From Cupriavidus necator (lineage in GTDB: Bacteria > Pseudomonadota > Gammaproteobacteria > Burkholderiales > Burkholderiaceae), in assembly GCF_016127575.1 (NCBI RefSeq), contig NZ_CP066018.1, positions 870,001-902,000 on the forward strand: 32,000 nucleotides of DNA. Direction: 5' to 3'. This document shows positions 7,142-16,279 of the stretch, piece after piece (the first letter of the stretch is position 1; every line of letters starts with the position of its first letter). The translations under genes and the position numbers were made by a program. The notes beneath the pieces are model-generated. The model did no database searches. It was not told the origin of the DNA and saw nothing but the letters and a program-made list of their open reading frames with translations.

Positions 7142-7523
7142 CCAAACCGCCGGAAAGTGACCCGCGCGGGCGCCTGCCCGCTCAGGTTCATACAGCTGCA
7201 ACCTGAACCAGGGGGCGGATTTCGGGCCGATTTGGCGCCGCCTCATGGCATAATGCTTGCCGATACAGAGCCGCCCGGCCGGCATGCGCAAGCGTGCCTC
7301 CGGCCAAGGCTCGGTGGGGAGATAAAGATAGAGCCCGTCCGGTGTGCCGCGCCGCCATCCCCCTGGCAGCCGCCGCCGGCCGTATGCGTGGGTACGCCTG
7401 AGCAGTGCCCGCGCTGAACGCAGTCAGAACGCATCAGGACCGCAGTAAGTCCTGCGTCAAGTTACGGCGTTACCCTCCTTCTGATCTCCCGCCATACAGA
7501 TTAAAAACTCTGAGGACCCGTAA

Positions 7524-8189
<666 letters not shown>

Positions 8190-8220
8190 TCGTTTCGACT
8201 GCTCAGTTTTATGCGTCATG

Positions 8221-8248
8221 AAAGCGGCCTTTGGGCCGCTTTTGTTTT
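8221..8248 (+). terminator. Rho-independent terminator of adk
   Basis: AAAGCGGCC (8221-8229) pairs with GGCCGCTTT (8234-8242) around a 4-nt loop, followed by TGTTTT. Confidence 0.8.
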
Positions 8249-8357
8249 GGCGATTGAATGGGGTCGCGCCTGGCAGGGATGGTTTCTGGCTTGGCGCCTA
8301 GCAAACCCACCCCTTGCACATCCCCCACCACCCCGTAAAATACCGCCAACGAATTGA

Positions 8358-8371
8358 CGTTTACGTAAACG
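8358..8371. promoter_or_regulatory. Perfect 14-bp palindrome CGTTTACGTAAACG; candidate operator upstream of the SDR gene
   Basis: Self-complementary 14-mer lying 35 bp upstream of the ATG at 8406. It overlaps a TTGACG -35-like hexamer (8354-8359). Confidence 0.4.
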
Positions 8372-8405
8372 GCAACAAATACCCAATCCAAGGAGACAAG
8401 CCCAA

Positions 8406-9164
8406 ATGCAAATCCAAGGCAACGTATTCATCGTCACCGGCGGCGCCTCGGGCCTGGGTGCAGGCACCGCCCGCATGCTGGCCGAAGCCGGCGCCAGGGT
8501 CGTGATCGCCGACCTGAACGAGTCCGCCGGCCAGGCACTGGCAACTGAACTGGGCGGCCAGTTCGTCCGCTGTGACGTCACCTCCGAAGCCGACGGCCAG
8601 GCCGTGGTAGCGGCCGCCCAGGCACTGGGCCGGCTCTCCGGCATCGTCAACTGCGCCGGCATCGCCACCGCCAACAAGACCGTCGGCAAGAACGGCCCGC
8701 ATCCGCTGGAAGCCTTCGACAAGACCATCCGCATCAACCTGGTCGGCACCTTCAACATGATCCGCCTGGCCGCCGCAGCCATGGTGCAAAACACCCCCGA
8801 CAGCGAAGGCGAGCGCGGCGTGATTATCAATACTGCCTCGGTGGCGGCCTTTGACGGCCAGATCGGACAGGCCGCCTATGCCGCATCCAAGGGCGGCGTG
8901 GTGGCGATGACGCTGGCGATCGCGCGCGACCTGTCGCGCGACGGCGTGCGCTGCATGACCATCGCCCCCGGCATCTTCGAAACGCCGATGCTGCTGGGCA
9001 TGCCGCAGGAAGTGCAGGACGCGCTCGGCAGGATGGTGCCGTTCCCGCCGCGCCTGGGCCGCCCGGCTGAATACGCCAAGCTGGCCCGCTCGATCATCGA
9101 GAACACCATGCTCAATGGCGAAGTAATCCGCCTGGACGGCGCGATCCGGATGCAGCCCAAGTAA
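8406..9164 (+). CDS. Short-chain dehydrogenase, 3-hydroxyacyl-CoA / 3-hydroxy-2-methylbutyryl-CoA dehydrogenase (HSD10-like) type
   Basis: 252 aa with the TGGASGLG cofactor motif, the NCAG motif and the catalytic YAASKGG. The C-terminal [13 protein letters not shown] is typical of the type-2 HADH subfamily. AAGGAG Shine-Dalgarno at 8390-8395. Confidence 0.88.
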   Translation: MQIQGNVFIVTGGASGLGAGTARMLAEAGARVVIADLNESAGQALATELGGQFVRCDVTSEADGQAVVAAAQALGRLSGIVNCAGIATANKTVGKNGPHPLEAFDKTIRINLVGTFNMIRLAAAAMVQNTPDSEGERGVIINTASVAAFDGQIGQAAYAASKGGVVAMTLAIARDLSRDGVRCMTIAPGIFETPMLLGMPQEVQDALGRMVPFPPRLGRPAEYAKLARSIIENTMLNGEVIRLDGAIRMQPK

Positions 9165-9173
9165 AGCCCCGGC

Positions 9174-9195
9174 GCTGCCCGCTCAGCCGGGCAGC
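9174..9195. terminator. GC-rich hairpin between the convergent SDR and regulator genes
   Basis: GCTGCCCG (9174-9181) pairs with CGGGCAGC (9188-9195) around a 6-nt loop. There is no U-tract, and it overlaps the stop of the minus-strand regulator. Confidence 0.35.
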
Positions 9196-9995
9196 AGCAT
9201 TACCAGCATCAAACCGGGCGCCGCCGCCGGCACCAGCGTCAGCTGCTCGAACTGCAGCGCGCCCTGCTGCGGATGGTGAAAGCCGCGGCGGCCGCCCTCG
9301 CGGTCTTCCACGTCCTGCGACAACCAGGCATCGCGGAAGGCCGCGCTCTCAGCCATCAGCCCCTCGATCAACGTACGCGTCGGCGCCTCGTCCGCATGGC
9401 GGATGCTGTGCGCGCGGAATTCCGCCACCAGCCGTGCCGCGCGGTGCGGCCAGTCTTCCACCAGCGCCATCAGCCCCGGCGACACGAACATCGCGCGCAG
9501 CAGGTTGCGCTCGGCGCTGGCGGCATCGAGCCAGCCGATAAACAGGTCCGCGGCGGCGTCGTTCCAGGCCAGCGCGGTCCATTGCCGGTCGAGCAGGTAG
9601 GCCGGCCCGCCGATGGCATGCACGCTGGCCAGCACCACCGGCGGCACGGTTTCGTCCGCGGCCTGCTGCGGGTCGCGGCGGCCCGCCAGTTCGAACAGGT
9701 AGGCGCGCTCGGCGCGCGACAGCCGCAGCGCGGCAGCCAGGCTGGCCAGCGCGCGTGCCGACAGCGATACCGGCCGCCCCTGCTCCAGCCACGTCACCCA
9801 GGTCGCGCTCAAGCCCGCCAATTGCGCGACTTCCTCGCGGCGCAGGCCGGGGGTGCGGCGGCGCCGGCCCGGTGCGAGCCCGACATCGGCCGGCGCCAGC
9901 CGTTCACGGTGCGCACGCAGGAAAGCGCCCAGCACGGATTCGCGCGACGATGGCGATGCAGACGGGACAACAGCGGGATCGGCAGACAAGGGCAT
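9183..9995 (-). CDS. XRE-type HTH transcriptional regulator with an MmyB-like ligand-binding domain
   Basis: 270 aa. LGAFLRAHRERLAPADVGL...RRTPGLRREEVAQLAGLSATWVTWLEQGR is the characteristic MmyB-family N-terminal HTH. A PAS-like C-terminal domain follows. Confidence 0.82.
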   Translation of the reverse strand: MPLSADPAVVPSASPSSRESVLGAFLRAHRERLAPADVGLAPGRRRRTPGLRREEVAQLAGLSATWVTWLEQGRPVSLSARALASLAAALRLSRAERAYLFELAGRRDPQQAADETVPPVVLASVHAIGGPAYLLDRQWTALAWNDAAADLFIGWLDAASAERNLLRAMFVSPGLMALVEDWPHRAARLVAEFRAHSIRHADEAPTRTLIEGLMAESAAFRDAWLSQDVEDREGGRRGFHHPQQGALQFEQLTLVPAAAPGLMLVMLLPG

Positions 9996-10150
9996 GACAG
10001 GCTGGTGCCGCTTATACCAGGATAAATCGGTAACTTGTACCGGGAAAACTGCCCGCCTACAGTATGCCGAACCCGCCTCGCGGGCAAGTCCCCTCCCCCA
10101 ACAAAGAAGGCCGCCCGCCGATCTGGGCGTGGCCCAAGGAGCCCAGCACC

Positions 10151-10930
10151 ATGCAACAGCAGGAACTCGTCGCCGCCCAGTTCGGCGCCACCGCCAGCGC
10201 CTACCTCACCAGCGCCGTCCACGCCAGCGGCGCGGACCTGCAGCAACTGAAAGACGAACTGGCCGCGCTGATCCCCGCAGCCAACCGCCCGCGCAGCCGC
10301 GTGCTGGACCTGGGCTGCGGCGCGGGCCATGCCAGCTTCGCCGCGGCAGCGATTGCGGGCGAAGTGACGGCTTACGATCTGTCGGCGGACATGCTGGCTG
10401 TGGTCGAGGCCGCGGCGCGCGAGCGCGGGCTGGCCAATATCCGCACGCGCCAGGGCGCTGCCGAGCAGCTGCCGTTCGACGATGCCAGCTTCTGCGCGGT
10501 GGTCTCGCGCATGAGCGCGCACCACTGGCGCGACGTCCCGTCGGCACTGGCCGAGATCCGGCGGGTGCTCAAGCCCGGCGGCAAAGTGGTGCTGATCGAT
10601 ATTGCCGGTGCGCCGGATCCGCTGCGCGATACCTGGCTGCAATCGGTGGAACTGCTGCGCGATCCCTCGCACGTGCGCGATTACACGCCGGCGGGGTGGC
10701 AGTCGATGTTCGAGGCGGCAGGCTTTGGCGCCGATGGCATCGCCGTATCGGACATCTGGCGCATCGGCATCGAGTTCGACAGCTGGGTCAGGCGCATGCG
10801 CACCGCGCCGGTGGCCGTGGAGGCCATCCGCCACCTGTGGCAGATGGCGCCTGCGGAAGTGCGCGCGCACTATCGCGTACAGGCCGACGGCAGCTTTGAA
10901 CTGGAAGCGGTGATGGTCACCGCGCGTTGA
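10151..10930 (+). CDS. Class I SAM-dependent methyltransferase
   Basis: Motif I VLDLGCGAGH, plus post-I and motif II (FDDASFCAVVSRMSAHHW, LKPGGKVVLID). ATG at 10151 is preceded by AAGGAG (10135-10140). The track start at 10064 adds an unsupported 29 aa. Confidence 0.85.
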   Translation: MQQQELVAAQFGATASAYLTSAVHASGADLQQLKDELAALIPAANRPRSRVLDLGCGAGHASFAAAAIAGEVTAYDLSADMLAVVEAAARERGLANIRTRQGAAEQLPFDDASFCAVVSRMSAHHWRDVPSALAEIRRVLKPGGKVVLIDIAGAPDPLRDTWLQSVELLRDPSHVRDYTPAGWQSMFEAAGFGADGIAVSDIWRIGIEFDSWVRRMRTAPVAVEAIRHLWQMAPAEVRAHYRVQADGSFELEAVMVTAR

Positions 10931-10945
10931 CAGAGTGTGACCGGG

Positions 10946-11863
10946 TCAGGCCGCGGCGCTCATTGCGGGCGCCTCGGCGCGCACGGTCAGGCGGCGCACC
11001 AGGTCCCACACCGCCGCCGCGGCCGGCGACAGTGAACGGTCCTCGCGCCGGACCATGACGATGCTGCGCTCCTCGCACGGCACCAGCGGGCGCCACACCA
11101 GCGGCGACGCCGCCGGCAGCGGCAGCGAGAACGACGGCAGCACCGATGCGCCGATGCCGGCCTCGACCATGCCGAACACGCTCGCCGAGTGGCCCAGCTC
11201 CTGCACCACCAGCGGCACCACGCCATGCCGGCCGAACACGCGGTCGATCAGCGGCCGGCTGCCGGAGGCAAAGTCCAGCAGCACCAGTTGCATTCCATGC
11301 AGCGCCGCCCATGGCACCGAAGGCGACTGCGCCAGCGGATGGTCGCGCCGGCAGACAAAGCAGAACGGGTCGGTCGCCACCGGCTCCACCACCAGCCCGT
11401 CGCGCACCAGCGGATCGATCAGCACGCCAAAGTCCACGGCGCCGGCGCGCACCTGCTCCAGGCCGTCGGCCTGCACGTTGTCACGCACGGTCAGGCGGAT
11501 CTCGGGGTACTGGGCGGCGCAGGCGGCCACGTACAGCGGCATCAGCCGGGCCGAGATCGTCGGCGCACCAGCTATCACTACGCGACCGCGATAGCGTTCA
11601 CCAAGCTGGCGCGTCTCTTCCAGCGTGTCGTCGAGCTGCCCGAGCAGCCGCTCCAGCGCTGGCGCCAGCGCGTGGCCGGCCTCGGTCAGCACCACCTCGC
11701 GCGTGGTGCGGTCCAGCAGGCGCACGCCAAGTGCCTCTTCCAGCTCAGCCACGCCGCGGCTGACCGCAGGCTGGGTCAGGCCGACCACATCGGCGGCCCG
11801 GCTGAAGCCGCCGGTATTGGCCACGGCCAGGAAGACGCGCAACTGGCGCAGTGTGTAATTCAT
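10946..11863 (-). CDS. LysR-family transcriptional regulator
   Basis: MNYTLRQLRVFLAVANTGGFSRAADVVGLTQPAVSRGVAELEEALGVRLLDRTTR is a canonical LysR wHTH, followed by a substrate-binding domain. ATG at 11861-11863 (minus). Confidence 0.9.
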   Translation of the reverse strand: MNYTLRQLRVFLAVANTGGFSRAADVVGLTQPAVSRGVAELEEALGVRLLDRTTREVVLTEAGHALAPALERLLGQLDDTLEETRQLGERYRGRVVIAGAPTISARLMPLYVAACAAQYPEIRLTVRDNVQADGLEQVRAGAVDFGVLIDPLVRDGLVVEPVATDPFCFVCRRDHPLAQSPSVPWAALHGMQLVLLDFASGSRPLIDRVFGRHGVVPLVVQELGHSASVFGMVEAGIGASVLPSFSLPLPAASPLVWRPLVPCEERSIVMVRREDRSLSPAAAAVWDLVRRLTVRAEAPAMSAAA

Positions 11864-11874
11864 GCAACGGCCGG

Positions 11875-11905
11875 ATAAATAGATTCTATAAATGAATTTG
11901 CATTC
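11875..11905. promoter_or_regulatory. Candidate LysR operator(s) in the divergent LysR/BASS promoter region
   Basis: Palindrome ATAGA-T-TCTAT at 11879-11889 within a T-N11-A frame (T11880...A11892). Direct ATAAAT copies at 11875-11880 and 11888-11893. Second dyad GAAT-N4-ATTC at 11894-11905. Confidence 0.4.
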
Positions 11906-11966
11906 TAGACTTGGCTGGCGTCCAATACTAGGCAAAACCCTAACATCGCAGGATCCACCCGCAGTC

Positions 11967-12992
11967 ATGTCTCGCATTGTCCGCAAGCTCAAGAAACTTT
12001 ATGACCTGATCGACCGCTTCGTTCTCGTCATGTTGACGGCCATCGCCATTGCGCTGGCCGCCCCTGAAATCGGCGCCGGCGACGGCCCGCTGCACCTGGG
12101 CGTGGTGACCAGCCTGGGCGTGGCGCTGGTGTTCTTCCTGCACGGCGCGGCGCTCTCGCGCGACAAGCTGGTGTCGGGTGCCAAGCACTGGCGCCTGCAT
12201 GTGTTCGTGCAGACCTTCACCTACGTGGTGTTCCCGGTGGTGGGCGTGCTGCTGATGCTGTCGCTGCGCAATACGCTGCCGCCGGACCTGCTGCTGGGCG
12301 TGTTCTTCCTGTGCGCGCTGCCGTCGACGGTATCGTCGTCGGTGGCCATGACCTCGATGGCGCGCGGCAATGTGTCCGGAGCGATCTTCAACGCCACCAT
12401 CTCGGGCCTGATCGGCATGCTGGTCACGCCGCTGCTGATGGGGCTGGTGATCAGCGCCAGCGGCGCCTCGATGCCGCTGGGCAAGGCGCTCACCGGCGTG
12501 GCGCTGCAACTGCTGCTGCCGTTCGCGCTGGGGCAGATGCTGCGTCCGCTGATCGGCAGCTGGCTGGCGAAAAAGAAGCACATCACCAACAAGATCGACC
12601 GCGGCGTGATCGTGCTGATCGTCTATTCCTCATTCTGCGATGCCACCGCCCAGGGCCTGTGGCACCAGTACCAGTGGCAGACCATCGGCGCAGTGATGCT
12701 GATCGCCGCGGTGCTGCTGTTCGTGGTGCTGGGCTTTACCACGCTGACCGCGCGCCGCCTTGGCTTCTCTGTCGAGGACGAGATCACGGCGGTGTTCTGC
12801 GGCTCCAAGAAGAGCCTGGCCAACGGCATCCCGATGGCCAAGATCCTGTTTGCCGGCCATCCGGCGCTGGGCCTGCTGGTGCTGCCGCTGATGGTCTATC
12901 ACCAGCTGCAGCTGATCGTGTGCTCGGTGATCGCGTCGCGCTATGCCGACCGCGATGCCTTGCAGGAGGACCAGGCCGCGGCGCGGGCCTGA
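11967..12992 (+). CDS. Bile acid:sodium symporter (BASS, YfeH-like) family transporter
   Basis: 341 aa and polytopic. FFLHGAALSRDKL, FFLCALPSTVSSSVAMTSMARGN and FCGSKKSLANGIPMA match the SBF-like/YfeH family. ATG at 11967. Confidence 0.82.
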   Translation: MSRIVRKLKKLYDLIDRFVLVMLTAIAIALAAPEIGAGDGPLHLGVVTSLGVALVFFLHGAALSRDKLVSGAKHWRLHVFVQTFTYVVFPVVGVLLMLSLRNTLPPDLLLGVFFLCALPSTVSSSVAMTSMARGNVSGAIFNATISGLIGMLVTPLLMGLVISASGASMPLGKALTGVALQLLLPFALGQMLRPLIGSWLAKKKHITNKIDRGVIVLIVYSSFCDATAQGLWHQYQWQTIGAVMLIAAVLLFVVLGFTTLTARRLGFSVEDEITAVFCGSKKSLANGIPMAKILFAGHPALGLLVLPLMVYHQLQLIVCSVIASRYADRDALQEDQAAARA

Positions 12993-13006
12993 GGCACGCA
13001 GCCATG

Positions 13007-13035
13007 AAAAAACCGGGGCATGCCCCGGTTTTTTT
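13007..13035. terminator. Bidirectional rho-independent terminator between the BASS gene and amiC
   Basis: AAAAAA-CCGGGGCATGCCCCGG-TTTTTTT: a perfect 16-nt palindrome flanked by an A-run and a T-run. Confidence 0.85.
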
Positions 13036-13048
13036 GTGCCCGCCAGAC

Positions 13049-14551
13049 TCACACTGACGGATTCTTCGACAGCGGCGGATTGCGCGCGAAGTACGACCGG
13101 ATCCCCTTCAGGATGGCATTGGCCAGCTGCTCCTGGTGCGCGTTATCGTTGAGCTTGCGCTCTTCTTCCGGATTGCTGATAAAGGCCGTCTCGATCAGGA
13201 TCGACGGGATATCCGGCGCCTTCAGCACCGCAAACCCGGCCTGCTCGACGCTGCCCTTGTGCAGCTTGTTGATGCCGCCGATCTCGCCCAGCACGGCCTT
13301 GCCGACCTGCAGGCTGTCATTGATCTGCGCGGTGGTGGACAGGTCCAGCAGCACGCGCGCCACCTGCGCATCCTTGTTGCCCATGTTGGCGCCGCCGATC
13401 AGGTCGGAAGCGTTTTCCTTGTTGGCTAGCCAGCGAGCCGCGGTACTGGAGGCGCCGCGCTCGGACAGCGCGAACACTGACGCGCCGCGTGCCTCGGGCG
13501 ACAGGAAGGCATCGGCGTGGATCGATACGAACAGGTCGGCCTGCACCCGGCGCGCCTTCTGCACGCGCACGTTCAGCGGCACGAAGAAGTCGGCGTCGCG
13601 CGTCATCATCGCGCGCATATTGGGCTGGGCATCGATCTTGGCGCGCAGGCGGTGCGCGATCTGCAGCACCACGTCTTTCTCGCGCGAGCCGGCGGCGCCG
13701 ATCGCGCCCGGGTCTTCGCCGCCATGGCCGGGATCGATCGCCACGGTCAGCAGGCGGCGCATCTTGAAGGGCCGTTCGGCAGTGGGATTGTCGCGTGCGA
13801 CCGGCGGCACCACCGGGGCATTGGGGCTCGGCACCGGCGGTGCCGACGGCCTGGGCCGGGCCGAGGCCACCGGCGGCGGCAGCGGCGCGGTGGTGGGCGG
13901 CACCTCGCCCTTCTCGTCGAAGCGGCGCACCAGCGCGCCGATCGCGTCTTCCTCGGCACCGGCCGGCGCGCCGGCGATGCCATCGTTGCCCGGCGCCGGG
14001 TCCGAGGTGGCGAAGCGGCGCTGCTTTTCCTCGGTGTCGCGCACCAGCTTCCACAGCGGATCGGGCGGATTGACCGGGTACAGGTCGAACACCAGGCGGT
14101 TGCGGTAGCTGCCGATCGGCGCCAGCGTGAACACCTGCGGCGCCACGTTTTCCTTCAGGTCGAACACCATGCGGACCACGCGCGGGCGGTTCTGGCCGAC
14201 GCGCACGGTCTGGATATAGGGGTCGTTCGGGGTGATCTTGGCCACCAGCTCGCGCAGCGTGGGCGACAGGTCCAGGCCGTCGATGTCCACCACCAGCCGG
14301 TCGGGGTCGCGGATCATCTGGTGCACGGCGGCCAGCGGGGAATCGGATTCGATGGTGACGCGGGTGTAGTCCTCGGCCGGCCATACGCGCACCGCGACGA
14401 TGCCGGCGCCAAACGCGATCTGCGGGCCGGCCAGGGTCAGCACGGCCGTGCCCGCGCCCAGCTTCAGTGCCTGCGCCATCCATTTGCGGCGCGCCTGCAG
14501 CAGGCCGTCGGGTCCATCGGGGCGGTCGGTGGCAAGTCGCTTGATCAGCAT
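13049..14551 (-). CDS. amiC: N-acetylmuramoyl-L-alanine amidase (AmiC-type: Tat signal, AMIN domain, Pro-rich linker, Amidase_3 domain)
   Basis: 500 aa. Twin-arginine QARRKWMAQALKLGAG. AMIN domain VRVWPAEDYTRVTIES...LVVDIDG. Catalytic region VAIDPGHGGEDPGAIG...VSIHADA...ETAFISN. Confidence 0.9.
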   Translation of the reverse strand: MLIKRLATDRPDGPDGLLQARRKWMAQALKLGAGTAVLTLAGPQIAFGAGIVAVRVWPAEDYTRVTIESDSPLAAVHQMIRDPDRLVVDIDGLDLSPTLRELVAKITPNDPYIQTVRVGQNRPRVVRMVFDLKENVAPQVFTLAPIGSYRNRLVFDLYPVNPPDPLWKLVRDTEEKQRRFATSDPAPGNDGIAGAPAGAEEDAIGALVRRFDEKGEVPPTTAPLPPPVASARPRPSAPPVPSPNAPVVPPVARDNPTAERPFKMRRLLTVAIDPGHGGEDPGAIGAAGSREKDVVLQIAHRLRAKIDAQPNMRAMMTRDADFFVPLNVRVQKARRVQADLFVSIHADAFLSPEARGASVFALSERGASSTAARWLANKENASDLIGGANMGNKDAQVARVLLDLSTTAQINDSLQVGKAVLGEIGGINKLHKGSVEQAGFAVLKAPDIPSILIETAFISNPEEERKLNDNAHQEQLANAILKGIRSYFARNPPLSKNPSV

Positions 14552-15057
14552 GCGTTCAGCAGGGTAAGTCCAGTGTGAGTATAGGCGCGCATCGTCGCGA
14601 TCCGCCGCTCGCCGGCATCATCCGCCCCGGCCATGTCCGATTGGAGCAACATATGGAGATCCGGTTCCCCGAGCAGGCGGCCGGCCTTTTCCGGCCACTC
14701 GACCAGGTTGAAGGCCGGTTCGGCGAAGCAGTCGCGAAAACCCGCGTCGATCCACTCTTCGGGATCGGCAAAGCGGTACAGGTCGAAGTGGTAGACGGTC
14801 AGCGGCGAGCCGTCGGCGCGGGCCACCTCGTAGGGCTCGCACAGCGTGTAGGTGGGGCTGCGGACCTTGCCCGCATGGCCGAGCGCGCGCAGGATCGTGC
14901 GCGTCAGCGTGGTCTTGCCGGCGCCCAGGTCGCCGGACAGCTGCACATGCACCGTGCGCGGCGGCATGGCCTGCACGGCGGCGGCCAGCGCGGCGCCCAG
15001 GCGCGCGGTGGCGGCTTCGTCGGGCAGCGTCAGGGTGCGTTCTTCGAGCAAGGGCAT
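14545..15057 (-). CDS. tsaE: tRNA t6A37 threonylcarbamoyltransferase complex ATPase subunit TsaE (YjeE)
   Basis: 170 aa from MPLLEERTLTLPDEAAT. Walker A LSGDLGAGKTTLTR, SPTYTL and HFDLYR are TsaE signatures. Its stop overlaps the amiC start by 7 nt, giving the same yjeE-amidase order as E. coli. Confidence 0.9.
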   Translation of the reverse strand: MPLLEERTLTLPDEAATARLGAALAAAVQAMPPRTVHVQLSGDLGAGKTTLTRTILRALGHAGKVRSPTYTLCEPYEVARADGSPLTVYHFDLYRFADPEEWIDAGFRDCFAEPAFNLVEWPEKAGRLLGEPDLHMLLQSDMAGADDAGERRIATMRAYTHTGLTLLNAC

Positions 15058-15073
15058 TGCGTACAATTCAGGG

Positions 15074-16279
15074 ATGATCGACCGAGTCGCCCCAGGGCAG
15101 GCAGATGCGCCACCTACCCCCGTTCCCGGCACCGCCGCCCACCTGGCCGCGGGCCCCGGGGAACTTGCGGCACTGGCCGCGTCGATCCGCGCATGGGGCG
15201 CGGAACTGGGCTTTGCCTCGGTGCGCATCGCCGATGTCGACCTCAGTCATGCCGAGCCGGGGCTGATGGCGTGGCTGGCGCAGGGCTACCACGGCGACAT
15301 GGATTATATGGCGAACCACGGCCTGCGGCGCGCCCGGCCGGCCGAACTGGTGCCCGGCACCGTGCGCGCGATCGTGGCGCGGATGCCGTACCTTCCGGCT
15401 GCCGGCGCGCAGGCCGGCGCCACCGACTGGCGCCGGCACGAGCTGGCGCGGCTGGACGATCCGGCCACGGCGGTGGTGTCGCTGTATGCGCGCGGCCGCG
15501 ATTATCACAAGGTGCTGCGCAGCCGTTTGCAGCAGCTGGCCAGCCGGATCGAGGCCGAAATCGGAAAATTCGGCTACCGTGTCTTTACCGATTCCGCACC
15601 CGTCATGGAAGTGGCGCTGGCCAGCCAGGGCGGGCTCGGCTGGCGCGGCAAGCATACGCTGCTGCTGGACCGCGACGGCGGCTCGATGTTCTTCCTGGGC
15701 GAGATCCTGGTCGACATCCCGCTGCCGGCCGACGCCCCCGAGTCCGGCCACTGCGGCAACTGCCACCGCTGCCTGGACATCTGCCCCACGCGCGCCATCG
15801 TGGCGCCGTACCGGCTGGACGCGCGCCGCTGCATCTCCTACCTGACCATCGAGCACAAGGGCCCGATTCCGGTGGAGTTCCGCGCGCCCATGGGCAACCG
15901 CGTCTACGGCTGCGACGACTGCCAGCTGGCCTGCCCGTGGAACAAGTTCGCGCATGTGGCCATGGTGCCGGACTTCGACGTGCGCAACGGGCTCGACGCG
16001 CCCGACATGGTGGCGCTGTTCCAGTGGACCGAAGCGGAATTCAACCAGCGGCTCGAAGGCAGCCCGATCCGCCGCATCGGCCATGAGCGCTGGCTGCGCA
16101 ACCTGGCTGTGGGTCTGGGCAACAGCCTGCGCGCGGCGCTGTCGGGCACGCGCGCCGAAGACGCGGCCCTGGCCGCGCGCATCCGCGCAGCACTGCTGGA
16201 GCGGCGCGAGAGCGCCACGCCGCTGGTGCGCGAGCATATCGACTGGGCCCTGGCCCAGGGCGGCCCGCCGCCGGACTAG
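15074..16279 (+). CDS. queG: Epoxyqueuosine reductase
   Basis: 401 aa. YARGRDYHKVLR. 4Fe-4S motifs CGNCHRCLDICPT and CDDCQLACPWN. C-terminal HEAT-like region. The ATG at 15074 lies only 16 bp from the divergent tsaE start. Confidence 0.9.
   Translation: MIDRVAPGQADAPPTPVPGTAAHLAAGPGELAALAASIRAWGAELGFASVRIADVDLSHAEPGLMAWLAQGYHGDMDYMANHGLRRARPAELVPGTVRAIVARMPYLPAAGAQAGATDWRRHELARLDDPATAVVSLYARGRDYHKVLRSRLQQLASRIEAEIGKFGYRVFTDSAPVMEVALASQGGLGWRGKHTLLLDRDGGSMFFLGEILVDIPLPADAPESGHCGNCHRCLDICPTRAIVAPYRLDARRCISYLTIEHKGPIPVEFRAPMGNRVYGCDDCQLACPWNKFAHVAMVPDFDVRNGLDAPDMVALFQWTEAEFNQRLEGSPIRRIGHERWLRNLAVGLGNSLRAALSGTRAEDAALAARIRAALLERRESATPLVREHIDWALAQGGPPPD

Noticed and set aside
5359-7291. 512-aa and 413-aa minus-strand ORFs across lpxK, ycaR and kdsB
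   Set aside because: They are antisense shadows of three well-supported plus-strand genes and contain no recognisable motifs.
7157-7434. Small ORFs 7157..7417 (+, 86 aa) and 7243..7434 (-, 63 aa) in the kdsB-adk spacer
   Set aside because: They have no ribosome-binding site, their translations are Pro/Arg/Cys-rich, and they overlap the predicted stem-loops. I treat the spacer as non-coding.
13517-14578. Plus-strand ORFs (13020..14108, 13517..14578) and off-frame minus-strand ORFs (for example 13317..14483) overlapping amiC
   Set aside because: The frame 13049..14551 (-) encodes a complete Tat-signal, AMIN and Amidase_3 protein. The overlapping frames give low-complexity Arg/Gly/Ala sequences.
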